Below, one piece after another: positions 37,784 through 49,107 of a DNA stretch of 64,000 nt. The notes beneath the pieces are model-generated. The model had not been told where the DNA came from and ran no database searches. It saw only the letters and a list, made by a program, of their open reading frames with translations. Made by a program: the position numbers and the translations under genes. How positions within the stretch are numbered: position 1 is the stretch's first letter; every line of letters starts with the position of its first letter. This DNA comes from a virus. Its lineage: Duplodnaviria > Caudoviricetes. The stretch spans positions 1 to 64,000 of the IMG/VR virus record IMGVR_UViG_3300031669_005479; one strand, given 5' to 3'.

Positions 37784-38785
37784 TTACAACGGATTTCCAT
37801 TCACAATAGAAATTAAATTACAATTATTTGTTGGTGATATGCTTGAAAGAATATTTGAACTACTAGTTGTTGAAGTCAACTGAAGCGTTGAGGAAATTGT
37901 TGATGGACATAAACTAGAACATGCAACCTGATTATAGTAGCAAATACAATCACCACAATTCATTGTAAAACTTCCTGAATATGTTTGTGTTACTAAATCT
38001 GTATTATATGTTGCAATCGAAACAAATGATGCACAACCACTTGGTTTACAATAGATAATTGTCGATCTTTCACCATGTGAACCTAAATTATTTGATGGAT
38101 ATTTAAAATGATTTACACTATAGTCAACAGTAATTGATTGTCCAGCAGTTGTCAATAATGGCGATATTATGACATTACCACCACTACAAACACTTGAGAT
38201 GGATGTTGTATCATCATAAAATGTTTGATTTAGTAAAACAACTTCATTAATCGCAGGTATTTGAGCAGTTATTGCAGTTTTTATTGTGCCATATCCAACA
38301 CCGATTGCATTTCTAGCGAATGCTCGATACCACGTATTAGTATTTGCTGGAAGACTTGTTGCAGAAAAAGCAAATGTGGTTCCAGTCGTAATGTCAGTAT
38401 TATTGCTAACTTTTAAAACGCTTGAACCAATATTTGTGTAGACAAGCGTTGAATTTGTATTATATGAAAGATACTTCGTATATAATATGCCATATTCTAG
38501 TATTGGTAATATGCCATTTTTATTTGTAATCATATTACCAGTTACATAATATGATGACGTTGTTGGTGTATTAGCAATACCAGTTGAAACACTGGCTATA
38601 TTCATCGGTGGTGCACCTGTAGTGCCAGTTAAAACATTACCATAATATGAAATACCGTCAACAATAAAATATGATTGATATTCGTATATTGCACCTGCAG
38701 TTAAACCAGTTATGTTCCACGTATAACTATCACTAGCAAGTGGACCAGCATTTAATGGTGTAGGTATGAAAGGATTTGTTGGCAT
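37784..38785 (-). CDS. Tail fibre-like protein with FN3-like repeats and Cys-rich C-terminus
   Basis: GLTAGAIYEYQSY, WYRAFARNAIGVGYG. Confidence 0.55.
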   Translation of the reverse strand: MPTNPFIPTPLNAGPLASDSYTWNITGLTAGAIYEYQSYFIVDGISYYGNVLTGTTGAPPMNIASVSTGIANTPTTSSYYVTGNMITNKNGILPILEYGILYTKYLSYNTNSTLVYTNIGSSVLKVSNNTDITTGTTFAFSATSLPANTNTWYRAFARNAIGVGYGTIKTAITAQIPAINEVVLLNQTFYDDTTSISSVCSGGNVIISPLLTTAGQSITVDYSVNHFKYPSNNLGSHGERSTIIYCKPSGCASFVSIATYNTDLVTQTYSGSFTMNCGDCICYYNQVACSSLCPSTISSTLQLTSTTSSSNILSSISPTNNCNLISIVNGNPL

Positions 38786-38826
38786 TTTTTACTATTTTAC
38801 TATTTAAATTATTATTTTATTTGGCA

Positions 38827-41800
38827 TTACGTATACTGCATACACAAACTATTTAATCCACCTAATGTAAATTGGCCAACATTATTAGTAATGTTTGAAA
38901 TACTTACACATGAGAGTGACTGATTTGTTGTAGGATATGCAGCTACTGTGCATACCATTACGTTCCAGCAATGATTTACATAATCATTATATGTAATTAA
39001 TTTAGTACCAAATGTTCCAGTTAAGTTACATGCATTTACTCCTGTATATGCACAACTATAAACTACAGTATTTCCACATTTAACCTCTGCGCAGATTTTT
39101 GAAGTATTCGTTGCAAATGGCTTACACATATGATAGTTAAATGTAGCATAGAAAGATTCGCCTGCTGTCATTTCGGGTGCTAATATCACACCACAATTAC
39201 TACCGCTTAAACATGTTGGATAATCTGGATATGTTGGATATCCAGTGCAACCAGAGAGTATTACCTGCTTTTGATAAAGCGGATTGCCTAACTGATTAAT
39301 TGTAACACATTTTGGTGTGCCAACTAATGGTGAATATTTAACCACACCCGATCTAGCCAAGCCAGAATTTGCAGCAATTGTGAGATTATTAACAGTTCCT
39401 AATGGAGATGGTGCGACTGATATCGATGGTGTTATCCAACTAGTATTTCCACTAGTTGTATACGTATCCCATGTTGGTCCATATATTGTTACTGGACATG
39501 TAGTACCCGCAGATGAGATGCTCGAATATGTTGTTGGTGTTATTGTAATATCTGGAGTACCAACACATCTATATTGCATGCCATACCAAGCAATATCTGA
39601 ATATCTTTGAATATCCTTACCACCTGTTCCAATCAGTGAAGTGGAACTATATGATGTATTTTGAACTGTATGACCAGATGGAACGGGAAGTACTGAAGTT
39701 AGTGTTTTCAATAACAGCGTATTGCCTGTCGCAGATACAGTATCTGCAATAACAATTGCTCTATATTCGTAAGTAGTATCTTCGGTTAATCCAGTTATGG
39801 ATAAATTATATGCATCAGTATAACCATCAATTAGTGGATATTGTGTCCACGTAGTTGCACCTAATATTCTGTATTGCATACCATATTGTGTTAATTGTTC
39901 GTAACCAACAATATTTTCGCCACCAATATTTAGTAATGAACCAATTCCCGCACTACCAGCAACAGTATCGACAGATATGTTAGATAATTTTTGTGGAATA
40001 ACAAACATGCTACCATCATCACCAAAATACTGCAACGTAGTTCTTTCATTTAAATTACCAGCCTCAATATTGTCATAGGTAACTAATGGTGTTGAGTATA
40101 CTACACCAGAAACATTAACACCTCTTTTATATGTAAACTTTTGTTTTGTGAATATGCTATTTCTAATTAATAGTCCACCCTTTCTTACAATAATCGTTGC
40201 AGACAATAACTGGTCAACAAATCTTTGAAAAAATGCATTATACTTACTTAAAAATGGATATAAATTTTCAAATGTGTATCCATTTGAATGTAATGTATCA
40301 CCAGTCGGAAGTAAACTTCTCTGCATATACAATTCATATATTTTTAATATTGTTGGATACCAACCACCATTGAAGTTTGAAATTGTTTTTCTGTTTCTAG
40401 CATTCACCATTTTTCTCTGAACTAAATCAAGAAATTCGAGAAAAGATAAATTACTAATATCACCAATGCCAAAATCATCTGAAATTGCTGGAGTAAATAC
40501 TGAATTACCTCCAACTAGATAGTAAACACTAATAACTGTACCATATCTAAGTCCTTTTGGCAAGAACACTTCAAATGGGTTCATTACATTGATATCGTAA
40601 TCTCTATATGGTTCTAATGCAATACCATCAACTAAAAATTTAATATCCTCTGTTTTACTTGCTTTATAGTTAAGTTTATATACGTATTTATTTGCACTAT
40701 TATTAAAATATATTTTACTTGTATTAAAACTATCGATTCGCACAATTTCACTTCTTAAATTAATGTCATTGCTACCTGCAACTTGCACATACGCAACCTG
40801 TATTTCAGGATTTGTCGAAAGAAATGAAATTACATCTGGATTCTGTATTATAATTTGGCTAGAATCGACTGAATTATTAGGGTCTAAGATATAATCCGCA
40901 TTAAATTGGGAACTACCTTTAGTAAGTGCAATACCATTAATTGTTAACTGTAAATCACCACGAGGATAACTTGGTAATGGAATTGCTGTACCAGAAGGAT
41001 TTGATTTAATTCGAGTCACTATATATTGAACAGTAATCCCTGTTACTGGTTGAGTGCCACCAGTATATATTAAGGTTGCTTGAATAACATCACGTCTATT
41101 TCCACTAGTTGTTGCATTTTCAGTAAGCAAAGTAAATTGATTTCCAGTTACACTGTAATCGGCATTTGTTAAAGTATTACCCGTAGCACCTGTTTTAGGT
41201 GCATTTAATAAAATTCCATTATATCGAACCTCAAAATCACCCTGAATTTCATTAACGGTATATGGCAAAGTAAATGTATTTTGTTGACCAGTATAGTTTA
41301 AAGAAACGTTAACATATGAATATGGCAATGTATAGCCACTATTATTCGCTTTATAGTCTTCCTGAATATATTTATAAACATCATATTCAATACCACGAGC
41401 AGTATCTAATGCAATATCAACCTCTTTTGTATTGATGACCAATTTACTGTCTTCTTGGTAATATTGTGGAGTTGTATCATCAACCCTAATCGTCTCACCT
41501 GCACGAATCCAAGATTTTTTGTTATCAACGGTTGCAGATAACTTAAATCCTGCCATTCGAAATACATCAAGATATCTTTGGCCACTATCACTATTACCAG
41601 AAATTTGAAAATAAAAATTATTCGTTTCTAACGGTGCAACAGGATATCCACTTGTATCATATGGTAATGAGTTTGTTGGAAAATCTTGTTGGGCGAAAGG
41701 AACTGTATTTGGATTAATTTTACCTTCTACAGTATATACATATTCTGTGATATTGATAAATGGTTCTGGTATTCCAATCAGCAAAAACATCGATTTAATT

Positions 41801-43209
41801 GATTCACGAGTGCCCTTTGATTTCCAAAAATAATTGGTATTAAGTAAAATTCTTCTCCAAAGTTCGACATCAATTTCAGCAGGAAGTATGTCTTCATTTA
41901 GGTTTCTTTCAACATCGTCAACAGTTAAAAAACTCTGAACCAATTCTTCTTCATTAACTAACGAAAAATAATCCCAACCAAATGTTCTTGACATATTCTT
42001 AACTAATTGGTCTGGTATGTTATTTAACTTGTCATACGTTACTTTATTAATATAAACCAAAGAATCGATAAATTCTTTTATTTGATCAAATTCTCTTCCA
42101 TAAATTCTAAGTAATTTTGTAATTTTACCTTTCTCAGTAAAATCATATGTCTTAATTGATGTTGTAGTAAGAAATCTAGCAATTAAATCAGTTTTAATTT
42201 GATCATACTTAGAACCAATTGCCAAAACAATCTGTAAAAACTGTTGATACTGTGAAGTGTTGGTGTCAATATTATAGCCATCTGCTGTTGGCCAAAGTAT
42301 GTTCGTATCTGCATACACAATTGAACCATCATCAAGTAGCGTTGGATTTTTTAATGTAAATTTAAAACCTTTTGTATTGTCACGATATGAAACAATAAAT
42401 CTTTCATAATCATTTAATAATGCTCTAAATTCTTCAAAAACAATATTATTAGGCTTAATATGAAAACTAAGTTTACCATATATTTCGGTTGTGGTCGTAT
42501 CAATGCCTAGTTGTGTAAATGGGTTACCAATTACCTGAAACCTTAAAAAATTTTGCAAAAGACCGTTATTGCTATTGGTTGTATTTCCAGTAAATCCAAC
42601 AACCGCATACGATACATCTGGTTCCAATAATTTAGTTATTACGTATTGACCATATGAAATATTTAAATTTTTCAGTATATTATTATCTGGTATTGTTACG
42701 TTTCCAGCATTATACACTAATCCAAACGTATTTGTCAATGAAGAAATTGGAACATAAAATGTAGTAACATTAGTAATTGAATCATATGCATTTGTTAAAC
42801 CAGATGGTAAATAAAATGTATTTGTGCCACCAAAATTCATTTCAGAATTAGCATATAGGCTGGCAGGATATGCCAAAATAATATTTTGTATTGATACTCT
42901 TAAAAACTCGTATGCTGAACCAAATCTAACAAATGTATTTAAATCTGATCTATCTAAATTAAGTACTGCTTTTGTTGAATAATCATGTAATATTTGTGAT
43001 TGAATTTCAGAAACACCCATTGTGTCCAATGTAACAGTACGAACAAAACTACTTAATGTATTCGTGTAATCTACTGTTGTCTTACCATCAAAATTAGATG
43101 TAACATTAAAACTACCAAACGTAAATATTGTTTTTGATGGAAAATCATTAAAGTTTGTTCCATTTAAATTTGGGTCGAGATTTGTATTAATTACTTTTAC
43201 TTTTGCCAC
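38827..43209 (-). CDS. Large baseplate/tail protein with FN3-like and Cys-rich C-terminal region
   Basis: 1460 aa; KSKGTRESIKSMF; GLTEDTTYEYRA. Confidence 0.6.
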   Translation of the reverse strand: MAKVKVINTNLDPNLNGTNFNDFPSKTIFTFGSFNVTSNFDGKTTVDYTNTLSSFVRTVTLDTMGVSEIQSQILHDYSTKAVLNLDRSDLNTFVRFGSAYEFLRVSIQNIILAYPASLYANSEMNFGGTNTFYLPSGLTNAYDSITNVTTFYVPISSLTNTFGLVYNAGNVTIPDNNILKNLNISYGQYVITKLLEPDVSYAVVGFTGNTTNSNNGLLQNFLRFQVIGNPFTQLGIDTTTTEIYGKLSFHIKPNNIVFEEFRALLNDYERFIVSYRDNTKGFKFTLKNPTLLDDGSIVYADTNILWPTADGYNIDTNTSQYQQFLQIVLAIGSKYDQIKTDLIARFLTTTSIKTYDFTEKGKITKLLRIYGREFDQIKEFIDSLVYINKVTYDKLNNIPDQLVKNMSRTFGWDYFSLVNEEELVQSFLTVDDVERNLNEDILPAEIDVELWRRILLNTNYFWKSKGTRESIKSMFLLIGIPEPFINITEYVYTVEGKINPNTVPFAQQDFPTNSLPYDTSGYPVAPLETNNFYFQISGNSDSGQRYLDVFRMAGFKLSATVDNKKSWIRAGETIRVDDTTPQYYQEDSKLVINTKEVDIALDTARGIEYDVYKYIQEDYKANNSGYTLPYSYVNVSLNYTGQQNTFTLPYTVNEIQGDFEVRYNGILLNAPKTGATGNTLTNADYSVTGNQFTLLTENATTSGNRRDVIQATLIYTGGTQPVTGITVQYIVTRIKSNPSGTAIPLPSYPRGDLQLTINGIALTKGSSQFNADYILDPNNSVDSSQIIIQNPDVISFLSTNPEIQVAYVQVAGSNDINLRSEIVRIDSFNTSKIYFNNSANKYVYKLNYKASKTEDIKFLVDGIALEPYRDYDINVMNPFEVFLPKGLRYGTVISVYYLVGGNSVFTPAISDDFGIGDISNLSFLEFLDLVQRKMVNARNRKTISNFNGGWYPTILKIYELYMQRSLLPTGDTLHSNGYTFENLYPFLSKYNAFFQRFVDQLLSATIIVRKGGLLIRNSIFTKQKFTYKRGVNVSGVVYSTPLVTYDNIEAGNLNERTTLQYFGDDGSMFVIPQKLSNISVDTVAGSAGIGSLLNIGGENIVGYEQLTQYGMQYRILGATTWTQYPLIDGYTDAYNLSITGLTEDTTYEYRAIVIADTVSATGNTLLLKTLTSVLPVPSGHTVQNTSYSSTSLIGTGGKDIQRYSDIAWYGMQYRCVGTPDITITPTTYSSISSAGTTCPVTIYGPTWDTYTTSGNTSWITPSISVAPSPLGTVNNLTIAANSGLARSGVVKYSPLVGTPKCVTINQLGNPLYQKQVILSGCTGYPTYPDYPTCLSGSNCGVILAPEMTAGESFYATFNYHMCKPFATNTSKICAEVKCGNTVVYSCAYTGVNACNLTGTFGTKLITYNDYVNHCWNVMVCTVAAYPTTNQSLSCVSISNITNNVGQFTLGGLNSLCMQYT

Positions 43210-43225
43210 AGTCTTTTCAATTTAC

Positions 43226-43234
43226 TATAAATAC
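43226..43234 (-). promoter_or_regulatory. Putative late promoter GTATTTAT(A/G/T) (representative of about 15 copies)
   Basis: Minus-strand copies at 15818, 19277, 22873, 24280, 35633, 37742, 44662, 48090, 51581, 52906, 59806, 60564, 62155, 63585, each shortly upstream of a start codon. Confidence 0.65.
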
Positions 43235-43293
43235 AATAAAATAAAAAATCCTAACTCTTTTTTGAATTAGGATTTTTGAATGTGTGTTCAACA

Positions 43294-44208
43294 CTATTGT
43301 TGCACGTCACTAGTAACAACATCAAAGTCTTGTGTGGCATCAATGTTCGTCCTTCTTTCTTTCACTTCAAATAATGGTACGTCTCCAATATCATTTTTTA
43401 TTTCATAAATATTGAATTGTCTAGTAATAATTCTATTCGAATCATAGTATGTTAAAATACCATTATCAACATCCTTAATTTGCTCACCACCAACTAAATC
43501 AGAAAGTGTATCGATTGTATTTTGAACCATATCAATTTCAATCACCAATGGTGAAAAGAACGTATTTGATATTAAAATAGTTTGATTTGGAGTTCCAATA
43601 AATGGCGAAACATTCGCTTTTAAATCTGAACTGCTACTTGGTGTTAACTGCAAAAATATTAATGTACCACTATCATCAAACTTGTATCTAATTGACTTTT
43701 GGTTGGTATTGCCAATATTATCGCTAATTGGAACCACTTTATTTGAAGTTACCACGTATCGAAGAACATTTCTTTGTTTTAAATTTGTTGTTGGGTCAAC
43801 ATATTCAATACGATAGCCTTGTAGTGCATTATTTGCCCTTAATCCTTCAGGTAAACTATTCATATCCAACACAATTCCTCTTATATTGGGTAGCGATGAC
43901 AAAACACTACAATCGATAATTGTTGTTACGACTTTTTTTGGTCTAATATATACCGTATATATGCCCAAATTACTAAATACAGATGCAGGTAATCTCAAAT
44001 TATATAATCCTTCTAATAAGTTTTCATTACCTGAAACATATGAAGTATCATCACTCGGTAAATAATTATATGATAGTAATTGCGTTGCATCTAACTTATA
44101 GATGGTATCATTAATTGTTTCCCTATCGGGTGTATAATTATAGTAAATATCGATATCATCAATACTTACATCTGAAGGTCTTGTTATGCCATAAACGCCT
44201 ACTGCCAT
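43294..44208 (-). CDS. Probable structural protein
   Basis: Structural context. Confidence 0.5.
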   Translation of the reverse strand: MAVGVYGITRPSDVSIDDIDIYYNYTPDRETINDTIYKLDATQLLSYNYLPSDDTSYVSGNENLLEGLYNLRLPASVFSNLGIYTVYIRPKKVVTTIIDCSVLSSLPNIRGIVLDMNSLPEGLRANNALQGYRIEYVDPTTNLKQRNVLRYVVTSNKVVPISDNIGNTNQKSIRYKFDDSGTLIFLQLTPSSSSDLKANVSPFIGTPNQTILISNTFFSPLVIEIDMVQNTIDTLSDLVGGEQIKDVDNGILTYYDSNRIITRQFNIYEIKNDIGDVPLFEVKERRTNIDATQDFDVVTSDVQQ

Positions 44209-44209
44209 T

Positions 44210-44686
44210 TTACGTATTATTAATTATATTAAAAAATTTTCCACCTGCATATGTTAATAAATCGTTTAAATTTTTTATATACTCTAATCTATAATTCATA
44301 TCAAATGCAGATAACTCTTGTCTTACTATAAATACATCATCATTAATTTTTGGATTACTAACAATATTTTCTTTATTAGGGTCTTGATAATAATATGTGC
44401 TAATAAAATCTGGACTATCTGTTCCTTGTGGAGTATATGTAAATGTGGTTCCAGTTGTAGAACCAGTATATATATCGACATATTTAATTCCACCAATATA
44501 ATATGTAACAGTATTACCAGAAACTGAATTGTTAAAATCTACACCATCGTTAGTAATACTGCCATTACCAAAATATTGCTGACTAAAGGGCACATTAATG
44601 GCATATTTCTTTAACTCAGAGAGTCTACTATTACTTGTTGAACCAGTTGCTACCATATTTTCATAAATACTTATTTTCAAATGCAC
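44210..44686 (-). CDS. Probable structural protein (probable start 44655)
   Basis: GTATTTATG motif at 44662-44670 just upstream of MVATG. Confidence 0.5.
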   Translation of the reverse strand: MHLKISIYENMVATGSTSNSRLSELKKYAINVPFSQQYFGNGSITNDGVDFNNSVSGNTVTYYIGGIKYVDIYTGSTTGTTFTYTPQGTDSPDFISTYYYQDPNKENIVSNPKINDDVFIVRQELSAFDMNYRLEYIKNLNDLLTYAGGKFFNIINNT

Positions 44687-45554
44687 TAATTATTTGAGAA
44701 TGTTCTGGAAAAAATTTTTGTATTTTAAATTTAATCTTTTCAATGATATCACTTCTATATTTAGAATAACCCAATAGATGTGAGTATCCAATTTTAGATG
44801 GTAATGTCGAATACCAATGTTCTCGATCAAAACCATGTTCAATTATACTACTATATGGAATAATTTCAAATGGCTCAATATTATTTTCCTTTAGCACATA
44901 ATATAACAATGATTGTTCTGCAAGTAAAAACATTCCCTCATATTTTCGTCTATTATATTGAAATTCGTTACTATTTGAAATATCGAATAAAATCTCCTTT
45001 ACTTTATTGGTATAATCATTTTTCAATTTCATATCGTTAAAACCGACAACACCACAATTATATGCATAGCATCCATATTTTTCCCAATCAATGCCATGAT
45101 CAAAATTTTTGAATGGGTTTATGCAGTTAACATATAAGTCAAAAAATAGATTTCCAATGGTTTTTTCATTTTCAACAGATTGAACGACAGCAGAAAACTT
45201 ACCATTAATTAAATTATCACCAATTATATCTCTAAATAAAAAAACATCACCATCAATATGAACATATGGCTCAGTCATTAATGCATGCGTTTTAATTTTA
45301 CCCCAAATCCAAAATTTGGAACTAATTCCATCATCATCAAAGTCAATAATGTGTATTTTATCATACGGAATTAATGAATATATATCATATGCATTTTTAT
45401 CGCAATATAGTTCAATTTCATATCCCAATTTTTTTATAAGTAATGCACTAAGAAAATAAGAATAAAAATTTTTAATCAAATATTTTTCATCATATTTATT
45501 GTCAAAATTTTTGTCAATTGATGGTGTTGACCATAATGAGTGTATATATTTCAT
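44661..45554 (-). CDS. Nucleotide-sugar transferase-like protein (GT-A, DxD)
   Basis: WGKI, YVHIDGDVFL, YNCGVVG, AEQ, HLLG. Confidence 0.55.
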   Translation of the reverse strand: MKYIHSLWSTPSIDKNFDNKYDEKYLIKNFYSYFLSALLIKKLGYEIELYCDKNAYDIYSLIPYDKIHIIDFDDDGISSKFWIWGKIKTHALMTEPYVHIDGDVFLFRDIIGDNLINGKFSAVVQSVENEKTIGNLFFDLYVNCINPFKNFDHGIDWEKYGCYAYNCGVVGFNDMKLKNDYTNKVKEILFDISNSNEFQYNRRKYEGMFLLAEQSLLYYVLKENNIEPFEIIPYSSIIEHGFDREHWYSTLPSKIGYSHLLGYSKYRSDIIEKIKFKIQKFFPEHSQIISAFENKYL

Positions 45555-45556
45555 AA

Positions 45557-45808
45557 TTATATATATAAATCGTTCATTAGTAGTGATTCGCCCATTCCAT
45601 ATGCATCGTTTACATCATTTCCATATCCATCATAACCATAGCCATAATATGGTATCGGTAGTGAATCAAAAAATCCCCAATGATGCGCATCCTGAGTTAA
45701 CAATACCTTAAAATAATAAATTTTTGTCAAATCGGGAATAATAATTATATCATTACCTGTTTTTCCTGTTGTTAATGCCTGTAATATGGTTTTTCTAATA
45801 AATTCCAT
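45557..45808 (-). CDS. Hypothetical protein
   Basis: Coupled ORF. Confidence 0.5.
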   Translation of the reverse strand: MEFIRKTILQALTTGKTGNDIIIIPDLTKIYYFKVLLTQDAHHWGFFDSLPIPYYGYGYDGYGNDVNDAYGMGESLLMNDLYI

Positions 45809-47658
45809 TATCCTACCTTCTTTCTCATCAACACTTTAATATCCTTTTCAGGATACTTAATTTCAAACATTGAATCTTGTGTTGAATGTATTGTATTATT
45901 TTGAACAATAATTTGACCAGTAGTGTTATTTGAAACAGATTGTGAAATTGGATTATTTGAATATTGACCACCAACCTTATTATATACTGTAATTCCGACA
46001 ATGTTCACAACACCATTTGCAGTAAGTATTTCTGTTTGTAGTGGACCCAAAAAAATATCTTGGTTCATCTCATGCGTATTAATATCCAAATAATTACTAA
46101 CTAATGTTATAATACTATTTGCAATTGTATTGTCTGCAATATTTTCAACATATACGTCAATATCAAATGCTAGATTAAATATTTTTCCATCTTTAATTTC
46201 AATATAATCATTAATCATGCGATATTGACTTAAATATTCGGCAATATTTGTCTTTAATAGTGAATTACTTGTATTGGATAATTTTCCATCATCACCTATA
46301 TCAAGAATTGAAATTACAACTTTATTATTTTCTTTATATGCGTTAGCACGAAATGGAGACCCATACTTACCAGGCATTTTGTATATCTGTAATAAATAAT
46401 CAGTAAGCGTTACATCCCTAAATTGACTAGAAAAATTATATTTAACTAATTGCCTGATTTGCTCAACACTTAGTCCATCATTTCCACCAATAGCAGGAAT
46501 TGGATTTGTTACAGTTAAACTTCTTTTTACGATTTGATTATAACTTTGATTAGCACCCGCTACTGTTAAATTATAATTACCAAGTTTAGTTAGAACATTA
46601 CTACCAATATTTGAACTACTACCACCACCAGTTCTATATCGAACAAATAGTGTATAATTTGCTTTTAATTTTTCACCTAATGCCGTATTATTTAAAAAGT
46701 TTTCAAGAAAATATCGGTTACTAACTCCTTCTTTAAGAAATCCTTGTTGAAACGCATTAACATCTGCATTACCAGAACCAAAAGTTAATTTACAATATCC
46801 GTTTGGAGTGAATTCCTTAATGAATTTTTTCGTTACATCAATCCATGTTGCCGCCTTAATTCCCTGTGTATTAGTGTTTGCACTAGAACTCTGATAATCG
46901 TCAACAAATACTCTTTGTTGTGCAAGAAAGTCAACTTCATAAAATCTAACATTTGTGTTATAAAATTCACTAATGTCTGGATTTGTAGCATAGTTCGTTC
47001 CTTCCAATAAAATTACGCTTTCAATTTCAATAACATCTGGGTCGGGTAACGTAATGCTAAAAAATGGAATAACATCTGCACTATTAATAATTCTTTTATA
47101 TATGTTGGTGCTTCCATTCAAAACAACTTCTCTTTTTGTTACAGAGTAGTTCATAACAATACCATTTGTATCTAAAACAGGTAATATTCTACGATTAGGA
47201 TCACCTAAGCTACTATTTGAAGAATTCCAATCAATATTTTCTTGAATTTCAAAAACCTTTCCACCTCCAACAACCTGTGCACCATTATCTAACACAGGGT
47301 AATAACTAGCATCAGGTGCATTTCCTAATACTGGAACTGTAACAGTAAAATCAACAACTGTAACACTAGGTCTTCTTGGTGGAATATTAAATCCCATATT
47401 TTTTGCAATATTCAAAATAGATGATCTTTGTTGAGCATATTCTAATTGGGTTTCTTGAAATATTCTATCGGTATTTATTGATAAATTATTCGTTACACCA
47501 GCATTTAAGTCAATTAACATTGCACCAACACTCGAATCAGTAAAATCAGATAAAATTTCTGGATATGCCTGTTGAATGTATGATATTAAATCTGTTCTAA
47601 TGTCACCGAAAGTCCTACTTCCGTATTGTATTATATTTGTTGTGGTATCAGTTGCCAT
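45808..47658 (-). CDS. Baseplate wedge protein (T4 gp6 / baseplate J-like)
   Basis: SRTFGDIRTDLI, AQQRSSI..AKNMGF, RYRTGGG, AIGGND, RDVTLTDY. Confidence 0.85.
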   Translation of the reverse strand: MATDTTTNIIQYGSRTFGDIRTDLISYIQQAYPEILSDFTDSSVGAMLIDLNAGVTNNLSINTDRIFQETQLEYAQQRSSILNIAKNMGFNIPPRRPSVTVVDFTVTVPVLGNAPDASYYPVLDNGAQVVGGGKVFEIQENIDWNSSNSSLGDPNRRILPVLDTNGIVMNYSVTKREVVLNGSTNIYKRIINSADVIPFFSITLPDPDVIEIESVILLEGTNYATNPDISEFYNTNVRFYEVDFLAQQRVFVDDYQSSSANTNTQGIKAATWIDVTKKFIKEFTPNGYCKLTFGSGNADVNAFQQGFLKEGVSNRYFLENFLNNTALGEKLKANYTLFVRYRTGGGSSSNIGSNVLTKLGNYNLTVAGANQSYNQIVKRSLTVTNPIPAIGGNDGLSVEQIRQLVKYNFSSQFRDVTLTDYLLQIYKMPGKYGSPFRANAYKENNKVVISILDIGDDGKLSNTSNSLLKTNIAEYLSQYRMINDYIEIKDGKIFNLAFDIDVYVENIADNTIANSIITLVSNYLDINTHEMNQDIFLGPLQTEILTANGVVNIVGITVYNKVGGQYSNNPISQSVSNNTTGQIIVQNNTIHSTQDSMFEIKYPEKDIKVLMRKKVG

Positions 47659-47668
47659 ATTTTTTATA

Positions 47669-48073
47669 TTAAAAATTTAAATTAAGTTCACCTTGCTCAC
47701 TAAGACTCGCTTCTGCATAAACGAATTTGACATTAACATTAAGTTGATTATCAGGTATTGATTCACCATTATCGTCATAGTTCCAATTAAAATTCACCGC
47801 AGTAATTTTTAATTCTGGAATATACAACGCAACAGTATTTTTAATTTCTTCCTCAACTTGACCTGCAGTCAAGTTATCGTTAGGCTCAAAAACATATCTC
47901 AATAAATTTGTACCAAAGTCTGATTCATAATATCTTTCCCCCTTTTGTGTTAACAACAACAATAATAAATTAGATGTATAGGAATTCTTTGTCACACGAT
48001 TCATTGCAATAAAACTATTTGTAGAATTATCGTCTTGAAATGGATAAGTAATATTATATGAATTCATTGCCAT
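47669..48073 (-). CDS. Baseplate wedge subunit, gp25-like
   Basis: LLLTQKGERYYESDFGTNL..FEPND..IPEL. Confidence 0.85.
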   Translation of the reverse strand: MAMNSYNITYPFQDDNSTNSFIAMNRVTKNSYTSNLLLLLLTQKGERYYESDFGTNLLRYVFEPNDNLTAGQVEEEIKNTVALYIPELKITAVNFNWNYDDNGESIPDNQLNVNVKFVYAEASLSEQGELNLNF

Positions 48074-48108
48074 AATACCATATGTTTTCTATAAATACTT
48101 ATAAACAA

Positions 48109-48140
48109 AAAAATCCCGACAATTAATTGTCGGGATTTTT
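48109..48140 (-). terminator. Palindromic terminator
   Basis: Perfect 32-bp palindrome aaaaatcccgacaattaattgtcgggattttt. Confidence 0.7.
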
Positions 48141-48158
48141 TATTTTCACGATTAAGAT

Positions 48159-48623
48159 TTAAAATTGCTTCTTTTTTCTACCTTTCTTGGCCTTTGCCTG
48201 ATTCTTAGCCTCATCTTCTTGCTGTTTTTTTGCATCAAAAAGACTTTTAATTGACTCGTGCAACACAATAATCGGTTCGTGTCCATACTTTTGCAATACA
48301 CCAGTATGCGTATTAAAATTTGGTTTTTCTAGTGAAACTGCATCACTTTCACTAACACTAACACCTGCAAGACATTCTACAATAGCCATTTCTTGCATAT
48401 CCACTGGTAGTTGATTAAGAATTTCTTCATTAAAAACTACGGCAAAATTTATGCCATTTGTTAATATCTCTACGATATCATTAGTTTTTACAATCCGATA
48501 CAATTCCTTTTGTTTGGTATTACACAATACTTCAAACTCAATCCATTGCGGTATTGTAGTTTCGTCTCTAACTTTGTCAAAGAGACTAATCACATCTTCA
48601 GATGCTTTTTCAATTTTTGCCAT
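48159..48623 (-). CDS. Hypothetical protein
   Basis: ORF followed by a terminator. Confidence 0.65.
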   Translation of the reverse strand: MAKIEKASEDVISLFDKVRDETTIPQWIEFEVLCNTKQKELYRIVKTNDIVEILTNGINFAVVFNEEILNQLPVDMQEMAIVECLAGVSVSESDAVSLEKPNFNTHTGVLQKYGHEPIIVLHESIKSLFDAKKQQEDEAKNQAKAKKGRKKKQF

Positions 48624-48634
48624 AAAAATTATTT

Positions 48635-49075
48635 TTAATTGTTAATAAATGAACTATATTTTGATTTAAGTTCTTCAAGTTTTAATTGTAATAGAACAAA
48701 TGTTGGATTTTTAGATTTAATTTCTTCATCAAATCTTTCATCAAGTTCTGATACAAATGAAATTACGTCAGAAATACTTGCAATTACCATATCATCCATG
48801 TCAATCAAAATTGCCAATTGTTTATTGACAGTATCTTCCATTTTTAATTTTGCCATATTTTGTTCATATTGTGAATTGAGTGCAAGTTCATCTTCGGCAC
48901 TTGGAGTAACTAAACCAAGTTTAGATAATTTATCAGTATTAGTTTGGTTATTATCACTAATAACTACTTTACTTGCCAACTCATTTATTTCAACAATTTT
49001 TTTTGCTGCATCTGAATTAAATTCACCTGTATTCACAGCATTTTGTAAATTTTTTAAAAATTCTGATTGTGCCAT
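48635..49075 (-). CDS. Hypothetical protein
   Basis: ORF in the minus-strand run. Confidence 0.6.
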   Translation of the reverse strand: MAQSEFLKNLQNAVNTGEFNSDAAKKIVEINELASKVVISDNNQTNTDKLSKLGLVTPSAEDELALNSQYEQNMAKLKMEDTVNKQLAILIDMDDMVIASISDVISFVSELDERFDEEIKSKNPTFVLLQLKLEELKSKYSSFINN

Positions 49076-49107
49076 ATAATATTTATTATTTATTTATTAT
49101 CTATTTA

